Part shown: positions 24,701-35,676 of the stretch, piece by piece
How positions within the stretch are numbered: position 1 is the first letter of the stretch
Layout: each line of letters begins with the position of its first letter
NCBI GenBank assembly: GCA_950097015.1
Contig: CATNEN010000039.1
Span: forward strand, 9,734,001-9,798,000
Length of the DNA stretch: 64,000 nucleotides
From: Macrostomum hystrix
Taxonomy: Eukaryota; Animalia; Platyhelminthes
Reading direction: 5' to 3'
Notes under the pieces: model-generated
The model's input: the letters and a program-made list of their open reading frames with translations, nothing else
Told to the model about the DNA's origin: nothing
The model's database searches: none
Made by a program: the position numbers and the translations under genes

Positions 24701-27700
24701 TTTGGTCAAAGGGAGGAACTTACAACTCGACTTAATGGAATCCTAAGGGGCTACCCACTGGGCATTGAGATTTTCAAGGAGCTCGTACAGAACGCAGATG
24801 ATGCTGGAGCTTCGAGGCTCCATTTTATTAACGATAACCGCATCCTAAGGAAAGAGAAGGTGCTGAGCGATGAATGGAAGACGCTGCAGGGACCAGCTCT
24901 TGTGATTGTCAATGACACAACCTTCTGTGACGACGACATTGAAGGAATTCAAAAGCTAGGTGTTGGCTCTAAGGGGAGCCAGCCATGGAAGACAGGACAA
25001 TACGGCATTGGCTTCAATTGTGTCTACCATGTGACAGATGTGCCGATGTTTCTTTCTGACAACCGAGTTCTCTGTGTGTTGGACCCGCACTGCAAGTACA
25101 TGCCAAACGCTAATAGCGAAAGTCCAGGCGGAATGTACAAAGATGATGGTCTAGAAGAGGTTCGAGAGGAATTTCGTGACGTCTTTGATGGCTTCAGTGT
25201 TGAATGTCAGTCCGCTAAAGGCTGTACTATATTTAGACTGCCTTATAGGACATCCGAAACAGCAAAAGATTCACATATTTGCTCAGATAAGAAGCCATTA
25301 GACTCTAAAGGTATTACTCATTTATTTGATGAGTTCAAAAAGGACTTGGCAGAAATCTTACTGTTTTTAACGAGTGTCAGAACTATCACTCTTTCGGAGC
25401 GAGCCCCGGATGGAAAGCTTCATACAGTGTTCGAAGTTAACGCGACGGTGTCAGACCCATCCTCTTGCTCGAAATTTAGAGACGATTGTAGAGAATTTGG
25501 CAAGCAGCTGGTCCAGCCAGGTGTAGACACACGACTCTTTTTTCCGAGCAGGCCTGTAGTGTACAAGACAACAGTATGTTCCGCTAACTTTCTTGATAAA
25601 AATCAAGACACAACTACCACCAATTGGCTTGTAGCGCAGCAACTGGGTTTGCCGAACGACCCCAAGAGCAGCGTTCCAGACGCGAAACGAAGCAAGTTAG
25701 GCTATGCGATTGCGCATGGCGAGTGGAAGGCTCTGCCAAAGGTTGGGGTTGCCGCTCATCTGGACGTTGACAAGTCATCCAAGCGAGACAATGTCAAGCG
25801 ACGTGTGTACAATCTTTTACCGCTTCCATTGACCACAGAATTGCCAGTGCACATAAACGGCCACTTCGCTCTAGATCCATCCCGTCGCAGCTTGTGGGAG
25901 GCGCACTCAAGCGACGCTGATGCCGAGTGGAACAATCTCCTAGTGACGGCTGCTCTACCATGTTGCTACGCTACCTTGTTGGAGGCCGCAACAAAAATTT
26001 TGCCACAGAAAGTAGAAGAAACAAACGTAATGCTCCAAAATTTCTACGAATTGTTTCCAAAAGCTTCGCACGAGGTCCCAAATCATTGGAACACAATGGC
26101 AGTAAAATTCTATCAGGAAGTTTTCAGTAGTAAGTGGAAGCTGTTTCCTGTTATGATCAAGGAGCATTTGGTTTGCCTGCCCCTTGCTCAGAACTCACAC
26201 TCGGCGGATGGATACGCAGCGTTTTTGCAAGAGAGTCTGTCCGAAGACGTGTCAATTGTGCTACGCAACCTTGGACTGCCTCTTGTTGTCAGAGGGCGCA
26301 ACTTTGCTAAATATTTAAAAGCCAGCAAAGTAAGCTATGTGCCGAATGTTGATTTAGAGACCGTTATTAATTTCCTGAAAGGTCAGTGCTGCTTGAAGCT
26401 GCGGAACTCGATTCCGACTCGGGTCGAGATGACTCCTTTTGCTGGAATTTCTGGAGTAGAAACACTGATGCATTATTTGCTAACTTCAACCTATGAAACT
26501 CAGGCGGACGATGCTGGTCAGGCTGAATCTCAGCGCATGAATTTGCTTTTTGACACTCCATTGAATCTGACGGCCGATGGCACTCTGCGAATGTTCACAC
26601 GGGACAAACTAGTTTTTTTGACCAAGTATGTTCGCCTGTTTCCTCCAGAGCTAGACACTCTTGTGTCTCGATTTGCTCACAAAAATATTCAAGAGATTTT
26701 CAAGCCTGCGGACAAAAGATTTCCTTCTGAAGTTTATAGCCTTTATCATTCTGTCGACAAAAGCCATACGGCCTTCAAATCTGGTCTTTTCCAGAAATTC
26801 AGCGTTGCAGACTTCCGCAGATGTCTGGCAGACTTCCTTCCTGACTGTTGCTCACCGAGCAGTCCGTTCATTCCGTTGGACAGCATTGAGCTTCAAATGA
26901 GAGGTCTAGAGCTTAAAGATTGGCTGCAAGATGTTTGGCGATTTTTGGACGATCAATATGACGAAATAGCGCGCACTAAGAATTCATCCAAACTACAGGA
27001 TTTACTGGCACCTGTATCTGATACAGCTTTGGTTCCGGCTATCATTTATTGCAAAGGTACAATGAATGCTCCAATCAAATATCTTTTCAAAGTTTCCCAC
27101 GCGCATTCTGTCTATAGGAATGGTGGCTCGCGCCTCCAGGATCTCAAAAAGAGTGTGGACGAAGCTCTGATGCAGCTCCGGGCTCCTGCACTGGCCACGC
27201 TTGACAACGATATCGTAAAGGATTTGGTAGGCCACATTAACGAGCCAAGAACAATTCTGCCCGTACTGCGCTATGCACTCAACGAGAATGCTGCCAAGCC
27301 AGCGGAATTGCCAACTGCTGATATGGCCGAAATATTTGCTCGATTTATCCAGGAAAACAGTGGCGCAATTGAGACAAAAAGCGTTAACCTCGCTCATGAG
27401 CTGCAACAGCTGCCAATCTTTGTAACCCTTGACGGCAAGTGCATAGCACTGAGAGGGCTAAGCTCAAGAATTCTGCCCGCAAACATGGTCTCTGATGAGA
27501 TGCATCTATGGAGCAATCTAAATCAGTTCATTTTTCTCAGAGAGAACCTTGAATTGGAAGCGATTCACAGACTGATGGGCTGTAAGAAAATGAGCGAGTA
27601 CGCTGTTTACATAGAGTTCATTCTGCCTGCCTTTGAGAAGTTTTCAAGTCGCATAAAACTGCTGCATCTGACGGCACTTCAGAGGCTCTGCTGGAGTTTT

Positions 27701-30631
27701 CAAGGCCTGCAGCGCAGCAATCGGAGCGAAAGCGCTGCTTTTAAGACTGCACTGCAAAGCGCTGCAATTGTTCCTAGAAACCAAACTTGGTGCAAAGCGT
27801 CAGAATTTTATCACGACCAAGTTAATATCTTCACAACATTTCTCGAGAGCAATCAATTCCTGCCTAATCCATATAGGGAACGCGATTGGTTCCCATTGAT
27901 GCAGCTGGCAGGGCTGATAACTGAGTGCTCGGCTGAATTAGTCTTGAGGTTTGCTCACCAGACAGCTAGTCTCTCCATCTACGAGGCCAAATCGCAAGCC
28001 GAAACATTGCTTAGATTCGTAGAAAGCTCAGATTTCAAGCACCGGACAGATTCGCTTCTCCATGATTTGGCTAGAACGCCATTCATTGTGTCAGATGTGG
28101 ATCCTGAGCTGCAACAGCTGTGCCCCAGCGATTATCCTAAGTTTTCTAAGCTAAGCGATTGTATTTCTCCGAAGAACCGATTTGTCTGCTGGACGGTGCT
28201 TCCCGTTGCCCCGGATTTCTTGCAGCATCAAAGCTGCTTTGGCCAGCACCTGAGAGGAGAGCCAAGCGTTACCGAATTTTGGTCTCATGTCAAAAACCTA
28301 TTTAAAGCGGAGATATTTTGCCGGGCTAACATCGCTGAAAACCTGAGTAAAGCAAGAGTCAAAGTGATGCACAAGGTGTACTCCTACATGAGATCTCTGA
28401 CGAATGAAGATTCTAAACGGTACCTCGCTGTCCTCCGAGAAATGCATTTCATTCTTGTAGACAACAATAAGCAATTTGCTAGGCCAATGCAAGTGACACT
28501 ATTAAAGGGCGATGAGATACCGCCATTCCTCTTTGCTTGCAGTGACGAGTTTCTACAATACGCAGAATTGTTCCAGAAACTGGGCGTCACGCGGCAGCCG
28601 GACATAAAGCAAGCCGCAATGGTACTACAAATGATTAGAGAGGCGGCTCCAGCTGAGCTGCCCGTGAACTTCCTCGAGCCGACCTTGAAGAGCATCCGCT
28701 TGCTGCTGAAGCTTTTGGATCTGCGAGGAGGGTTCCCTTCCGACCTCAGTCTATGTCTTCCAGCTTCAGTCGAATCCTACAGTTCAAAGATATATCGGCT
28801 GGTGGACGTCAGGGAATTAGTAATCAATGACGCCGAGGGCTATGCTGAGCGCCTAGGAAGAGCTGCACTTAATGGGATTAGATTCCTGGATTTGGACTTC
28901 TGTAAGATCAGCCACGACCAGCAGAGAACATTGGAGCGCCACCTGGTTCAGGAACTGAATGTTCGGAGGCTTTCAGACATAATCAAAGAGCAGCTGGTGA
29001 TGGAAGAATGTCCCGAATGCTTAGCCGGCGAGCCTGGATGCCAGATATGCTCTGCGATCTCAAGCAAGTTAACCAACAGCGATTTTCGCGAAGGAGTAGC
29101 CAGCATTATAGTGCATGATTCGCAAGATGCAGGCGTAGAAAGCACCTCCCGATCTATTAACGACATGTTTGAGAACTGCAAAATAATTTGCAAGCAGAAG
29201 TTAGTCACAGTTCTTCTGATGAATGGCCACAGAGTTAGCGGATCAGAAAGACCAAAAAAATTCTTATTGCAAGATGGTGCTGTTTATATGAGTCACCTCG
29301 AAGCATCGCCGTATGGCGACGAACTGACTTTCTGGCAGAAAGATTTCGTGGGAGTTGTGTGTGGACTTTTGAGCACAACCTACAATCTTCGTGCAGATCA
29401 ACGTGGCCTGATTCAGTTGATTTTGCAGCTGGAAAATAGCGGAAACATTCGTCGACTATTGAAGGAGCAAAATATTCGATTCTTTGGTGAAGATGCTGAC
29501 TCAGAAAACCTGTGGCGCGGTGTTGAGCTGGGTAGTCTAGTCTCGCCTATCGATACTCTAAGGCTACAGCCTCTGGACACGCGGCAATTAAAGCCGGACG
29601 CACTAGTGGCGTTCGCTGATCCCGAGGCCGATCAAAAGTTAATTTATGCTCGAGTGATCCAAGCCCATGACTCAGAAAACGATTCATACGGTGGCGATTG
29701 GATCCGCGAGTTCACCATCGACTGCGGTCGGCAGCGCGGTCAAAGAATTCTAACTCGAGCACCGCTGTTGCAGACGTTTGAGAGCGTTGATGAGGCAGTC
29801 ACGAGCGTAAAAGAATTAAGCCAAAACGGCTTCGATTGGGAGCAACAGCTAGAACGCCACATCATTGATGCCGCGCAACTTCCGCATGACAGAGAGCGAG
29901 CTGCCATCGCGCAGCGAATTCTTAATGCATTCGAGTACAATGATTCAGATGACGATGCTGCTAATCCAGAGGCCGTGCAGCGGCTACGCTCGCTAGCCCA
30001 CGACAAGCTGTGTGGTGGATTCTCAGACGATTTATGGGGCAGAATGAGCGCTAACGCTGCTAGGTCCGGTCGAAGATATCGGTCAGCGCGAGCCCAAAGT
30101 CGCTTAGATAAACATTTCGGCGGTTTTAGTGGCGGCGGCTCGTCTCACTTTGGTGGCGGCGGAAGTTTCCGCGGCGCTGTCAGCAGTGGCTTTCGTACAG
30201 GAGGCGGCGGAGGTGGAGGTTTTTCAGCCGGCATTTACCCATCACCAGACGATGCCAGACTCTACCTGCGTACAGCTCAAGGTGACGCAGAAGCCTCTGC
30301 AACCGACGCCCACGCCTGCTGGATCTGTTACAAGAGCTGGCAGGCAGCGGAAAAGGCCATGAAAGCGATAGTCCTAGCTGAAGGTCGTCCAGCGGAAAAG
30401 AGTCACAACCTGTTCAGCCACCTACAGCTGATTGGCGACGATCAACTACAGGAGCGCCTGGAGCCGCTGGTTGAAACTCTGCTAAGTGTGCTCAGTCGAG
30501 ATCCGCGCTATCCACGCAACGGCGCCACGCCGTACGATGTCTTCCCGGCCGACGCCGCACGCAAGGCCAGCGAAGCCGCAATGGGCATTGTGCGGCTGGC
30601 CATTGACGCTGTTTCTGACGCGCTAGACTAG
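18774..30631 (+). CDS. SACS: Sacsin-like protein: two Hsp90-like HATPase sacsin repeats, degenerate J-domain, G/F-rich linker, HEPN; ~3033 aa, 3 exons
   Basis: Exons 18774-19010, 21182-21412, 21998-30631, all phase 0, GT-AG. Repeat A: GQSESLTRRLNNILKDY..KEIIQNADDAGA..QGPCLWAHNNAQF..KVGKFGLGFNAVYNLTD..GTLIRLPLR..LPLPIESPLLFHINAAF. Repeat B: FGQREELTTRL..KELVQNADDAGA..LQGPAL..KTGQYGIGFNCVYHVTD..LPVHINGHF. C-terminal HEPN: WICYKSWQAAEKAMKA..SHNL..PRYP. Confidence 0.95.
19602..19973. repeat. (AGT/TAG)n degenerate microsatellite in sacsin intron 1
   Basis: Visible trinucleotide run; it resumes at ~20308-20358 after the SINE. Confidence 0.95.
19974..20305 (+). mobile_element. tRNA-derived CORE-type SINE with (ATT)n-like tail
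   Basis: tRNA-like head with B box GGTTCGATTCC. Central TGTGTCCTTTAGCAAGACACTTAACTCTGCATTGCTTCAGTTCACCCAGCTGTTAAATGGG resembles the CORE domain. A second copy lies at 49028-49264. Confidence 0.85.
21472..21796. repeat. 32-bp minisatellite, ~10 copies, in sacsin intron 2
   Basis: Unit ATCAATGTGAGCTGTACCAGTTCCTGAAGTAG. Confidence 0.95.
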
Positions 30632-32394
30632 CTGAAGCAAGATCTGCGAACTGTTCGTTTTAAGTATTTTCTAATCTAATGTAAGTTTTTCTTGAAAGCT
30701 TTAGAACTTAACTGAGCATACGATTTGTTTATTTATAAACTCTAGTTTACGTTTTATGAACGATTTATCGAGATAACGGAGGTAGAACTATAAAGCTTGC
30801 GTATGCCTAAATTCAAACTGCAGGACAAAAATTTAAACTGTCGAGATAGGAGCGAATTAGCAAATAAAACTTAATATGATGCGAAAGCTTCATGGTGCCA
30901 CCAGGGACTATACTGAAACACCGCAAAATTCCGGGAATACGAGGACTTAGGACACAACATTGGGTCATCGCAACTAACGAAGCTCATGTGGCTTCCGTAT
31001 TGAGACTTCATTCTTAATATTCTTAATCTTTATTCTAATTTTTTTCCTTAGTAATGGTGTAGTCTATTTTACGATATTTATCGTTATTTTTTCGACAAAT
31101 ATATTTGTTGTATATTTATCGATACAAGGTAATTGTTTCGTCTGGTTATAACGTTTCAGCTTTCTAATATCGATCACAATACATTTTACATGATTCCATG
31201 TTTTTAATCCTATAATAATACTAATTTTTTATCTAACATCTTTCCCATGCGAGTTTACTATTTTTATTAAAGTACAATTGTAACTATATTTTAGTTACCT
31301 TGATTCACTATTTGTTCAATAAAAACACGAGTTGGTAGGTCAGTAGCATTTGTAGGGTGGGTATGGGAATATATTCCTTTTCCAGCAATTACATTTTATT
31401 TTTTCAACTAGAAACCGAAATGAAAGAAAATATGAACTTTGCCCGTAAATTTGCCTTGACTGAAAGATGAATTTCATTTTCGCATAAAAACTCACATTGG
31501 GGATCCCACTTAAAGGATTTTAAAGACACGCTGCCTTCGCAGTAAAACATTCATCGCTAATAATAGCTGGCACTATTAAACTCTGCTCAATGTCCATTTA
31601 TTTTTTGGTCTTCTTATTGGTCCATTTTTCTAAATGCGAATCAACTAACGTACGAGCTATAGCCTCTAATACCTTTATAACATTCCTAATGACAATGTGG
31701 TAGTCCGAGGTTTTTTCTAGAAAGCGACACCTACATTTTTAATTGTCTCCTTTGCTAAATCATAATTTAGTCTTACTGTGGTCACAGTCTAAAAATAACG
31801 ACTATTTCAATGTTTAATATGGACTCTTCTGCCATTGTGAGCATGCAAGACAAGAAATGTTATATTCCGGCCTTTTTATTGTTTTTATTCGTTCATTAAT
31901 AACTATTTTTTTTCATTGCTGGTTCGGCTTTCTTTATCTAATCTGTAGCTTCATAATGCTTAAATTAACAAGCTATTCAAGGAAATTATGAGTAAATAAA
32001 CGCATGCATGTCGTTTGAGACTAACATCTCTTTGGAAGGCCTTGTTATTCCTAAATTGATAGAGAAAACATCTAACCGGGTGAATTTATTTACTGCCTTC
32101 ACTCTAACAAAACTCAATCCTACCACAGGATAATTATGAATCGAGAGCAATATTCGAATAGGTTCTTTACAATTTAAATGCAGAAAGTAAGCAATTCCTA
32201 AACGACTGAAGTTTTTTTCAGTCGATGATTTAAATTCAAGGTATCTTAACTTCTAGAAAGCATCAATACATACTTATCAATTGGATCTAAAGGGGGAGAC
32301 ATTGTTCGCTGCTAAACGAAACGAGGTGACATTGTTATCTTCTAAAAAAGGAACATTAGTTCGCTGCTAAAGGGGGCATTGCCTGCTGTAGGGA

Positions 32395-34220
32395 AACTGG
32401 TTCTATGTTGCTGCGAGGACATTGGTTCTGTTGCTGGGGAGATATTGGTTCTATGTTGCTAGGGAGATATTTGCTCTATGTTGCTAGGGAGATATTGGTT
32501 CTATGTTGCTAGGGAGATATTGGTTCTATGTTGCTGGGGAGATATTGGTTCTATGTTGCTGGGGAGATATTGGTTCTACGAGTATGTTGCTAGGGAGATA
32601 TTGGTTCTATGTTGCTAGGGAGATATTGGTTCTATGTTGCTAGGGAGATATTGGTTCTATGTTGCTGGGGAGATATTGGTTCTATGTTGCTAGGGAGATA
32701 TTGGTTCTATGTTGCTTGGGAGATATTGGTTCTATGTTGCTGGGGAGATATTGGTTCTACGAGTATGTTGCTAGGGAGATATTGGTTCTATGTTGCTAGG
32801 GAGATATTGGTTCTATGTTGCTGGGGAGATATTGGTTCTATGTTGCTGGGGAGATATTGGTTCTATGTTGCTGGGGAGATATTGGTTCTATGTTGCTGGG
32901 GAGATATTGGTTCTACGAGTATGTTGCTTGGGAGATATTGGTTCTATGTTGCTGGGGAGATATTGGTTCTATGTTGCTGGGGAGATATTGGTTCTACGAG
33001 TATGTTGCTTGGGAGATATTGGTTCTATGTTGCTGGGGAGATATTGGTTCTATGTTGCTGGGGGGATATTGGTTCTACGAGTATGTTGCTTGGGAGATAT
33101 TGGTTCTATGTTGCTGGGGAGATATTGGTTCTATGTTGCTGGGGGGATATTGGTTCTACGAGTATGTTGCTTGGGAGATATTGGTTCTATGTTGCTGGGG
33201 AGATATTGGTTCTACGAGTATGTTGCTTGGGAGATATTGGTTCTATGTTGCTGGGGAGATATTGGTTCTATGTTGCTGGGGAGATATTGGTTCTATGTTT
33301 CTGGGGAGATATTGGTTCTATGTTGCTGGGGAGATATTGGTTCTATGTTGCTGGGCAGATATTGGTTCTACGAGTATGTTGCTTGGGAGATATTGGTTCT
33401 ATGTTGCTGGGGAGATATTGGTTCTATGTTGCTGGGGGGAAATTGGTTCTACGAGTATGTTGCTTGGGAGATATTGGTTCTATGTTGCTGGGGAGATATT
33501 GGTTCTATGTTGCTGGGGGGATATTGGTTCTACGAGTATGTTGCTTGGGAGATATTGGTTCTATGTTGCTGGGGAGATATTGGTTCTACGAGTATGTTGC
33601 TTGGGAGATATTGGTTCTATGTTGCTTGGGAGATATTGGTTCTATGTTGCTTGGGAGATATTGGTTCTATGTTGCTTGGGAGATATTGGTTCTATGTTGC
33701 TGGGGAGATATTGGTTCTATGTTGCTGGGGAGATATTGGTTCTATGTTGCTGGGCAGATATTGGTTCTACGAGTATGTTGCTTGGGAGATATTGGTTCTA
33801 TGTTGCTGGGGAGATATTGGTTCTATGTTGCTGGGGGGAAATTGGTTCTACGAGTATGTTGCTTGGGAGATATTGGTTCTATGTTGCTGGGGAGATATTG
33901 GTTCTACGAGTATGTTGCTTGGGAGATATTGGTTCTATGTTGCTGGGGAGATATTGGTTCTATGTTGCTGGGGAGATATTGGTTCTACGAGTATGTTGCT
34001 TGGGAGATATTGGTTCTATGTTGCTTGGGAGATATTGGTTCTATGTTGCTGGGGAGATATTGGTTCTACGAGTATGTTGCTTGGGAGATATTGGTTCTAT
34101 GTTGCTGGGGAGATATTGGTTCTATGTTGCTGGGGAGATATTGGTTCTATGTTGCTGGGGAGATATTGGTTCTATGTTGCTTGGGAGATATTGGTTCTAT
34201 GTTGCTGGGGAGACATTAGT
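32395..34220. repeat. 25/31-bp minisatellite between sacsin and eag
   Basis: Unit GGAGATATTGGTTCTATGTTGCTGG, with a +6 nt variant (TTCTACGAGTATG). It explains the three overlapping repetitive ORFs. Confidence 0.97.
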
Positions 34221-34229
34221 TTTCCGCTG

Positions 34230-34520
34230 CTAAAGATTAATTTTTCGTCTGTGCTATGTGTGTTTGCTTACCTGTTTACCGGTTAAGGAGATTATGTTTG
34301 GGCCGCCCGGAGTAGGGCTAAAAGGTTAGGAAAGAACTAGATAAATATGCGATTAAACGAAGTCCATTTTCGCTAAAGTGTCGCTGGAGTCCATACAGTT
34401 CAAGCAAGGCGACATTTTACAAGAAATAGCGGCCTCTGTGTCAAACTTTGGAAACCTTACTGAAGATGACAAATGCATATACTCGTACCTAATGATACAA
34501 GAAAGTAGAGTACACAATAA
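34230..34520 (+). mobile_element. Degenerate 3' end of a non-LTR retrotransposon ORF2
   Basis: Frameshifted remnants reading roughly FRL...GR...EVHF-LKC...NFGNLTEDDKCIY-YLM, resembling the C-terminal tail of CR1/L2-group RT proteins. Pattern recognition only. Confidence 0.35.
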
Positions 34521-35451
34521 TAGGATCTTATTCTTAGGAACTACTTCAAAATCATATGAATTGAAGCGAAGCTGATGAACAATTTTACGCACATCATATG
34601 ACTCGTCTTCGGCGTACATTTGCTCGATGTTCAAATGAATTAGTAAGAAAAGTAAAATGAACGATAGTCAATCATCAATTGCAGAGTCTTGAAATCACGA
34701 CTCAAAACAGGCTCTCAAAGACACAAAACCCGAAACAACTACTCGTAGTATGCATGTCGAGTTTGACCATTTGTTTTGTGGTTTGGTGATTTAAATGAAA
34801 GTATGGAGAACGGTGCAGAATGTCAGGTGTGGTATATTTACGTATAAACTATGTTACTCCGACAATAAAATATGATTAAGTTCATGAACTAACTCTTGTT
34901 GTTTGAAAAAGCATCAGTGTTGGCTTATTAACAAATACAGGCGTCAGTCAAGTCAAATCAAAGTCACACAAGACGGCGAATATATTGAAGCTATAAACTC
35001 ACTCAGGTCGCTTTCAAACTTTTCCTCGTCCAGACCTCACCTGCTACATCATCTCAGGTGAATTGCAAGAAAAACAGCACCTGCGCAAACACCGAGGCGG
35101 GCCGGGAAGACTTGGGTGAATGCCACCACCCCAATCCTGGCCCTTGGCAACTATTGGCTCACCGCACGCACACTTTGCTCGCTCGTGTCCTACCTGGCTC
35201 TGTACTCAACATTCACCAGCTCATTCCCTCCATTGTGACAGCCTTTTATGCAAAACCTAATCCCCTTCCCCTAATCTCCATTTCATTCCCGTTTCCCGGT
35301 AATATTTCTCCCCGCGGCTTGCAAGCCCATCTGAGCGCCGAAGCATTTCTCCTCGTCGCCAAAAAATTCTGCAGAACAGTTTTTACCAGCGAGACTCAAG
35401 GAGGCGCTCCGGCAATTGCCGTCCCCCGCTAATATAGAGTTTCAAGCAGTT

Positions 35452-35465
35452 GTCGCCTAGGCAAC
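35452..35465. promoter_or_regulatory. Candidate RFX X-box upstream of eag
   Basis: GTCGCCTAGGCAAC, a near-palindromic 14-mer fitting GTNRCC-N2-RGYAAC, ~210 nt upstream of the eag ATG. Confidence 0.4.
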
Positions 35466-35676
35466 CGCAGCAAAGTCCTCTACTTGGTGGCTGACTTGCG
35501 AAGGAGAACAGTGAGCTGGATAGCGAATTTCATTGATCCTAAGACAGGCATCGGGACATCTCCGCTGCAAGCATTCAAAGCTTCAGCCAGGCCTGGCCCT
35601 GCTAAAGCAACAAGCCAATTTCAATACAGAGCACCTGTGCGTCGCGAGTAACGAGTAGGCAGCCCTCGCTGGCGGC

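Noticed and set aside
22663-30362. Numerous short antisense and alternate-frame ORFs within sacsin, and similar ones within eag and the helicase
   Set aside because: Shadow ORFs of long coding exons with no recognisable motifs.
32609-34286. Three overlapping 470-540-aa ORFs
   Set aside because: All three frames are open only because the 25/31-bp unit lacks stops.
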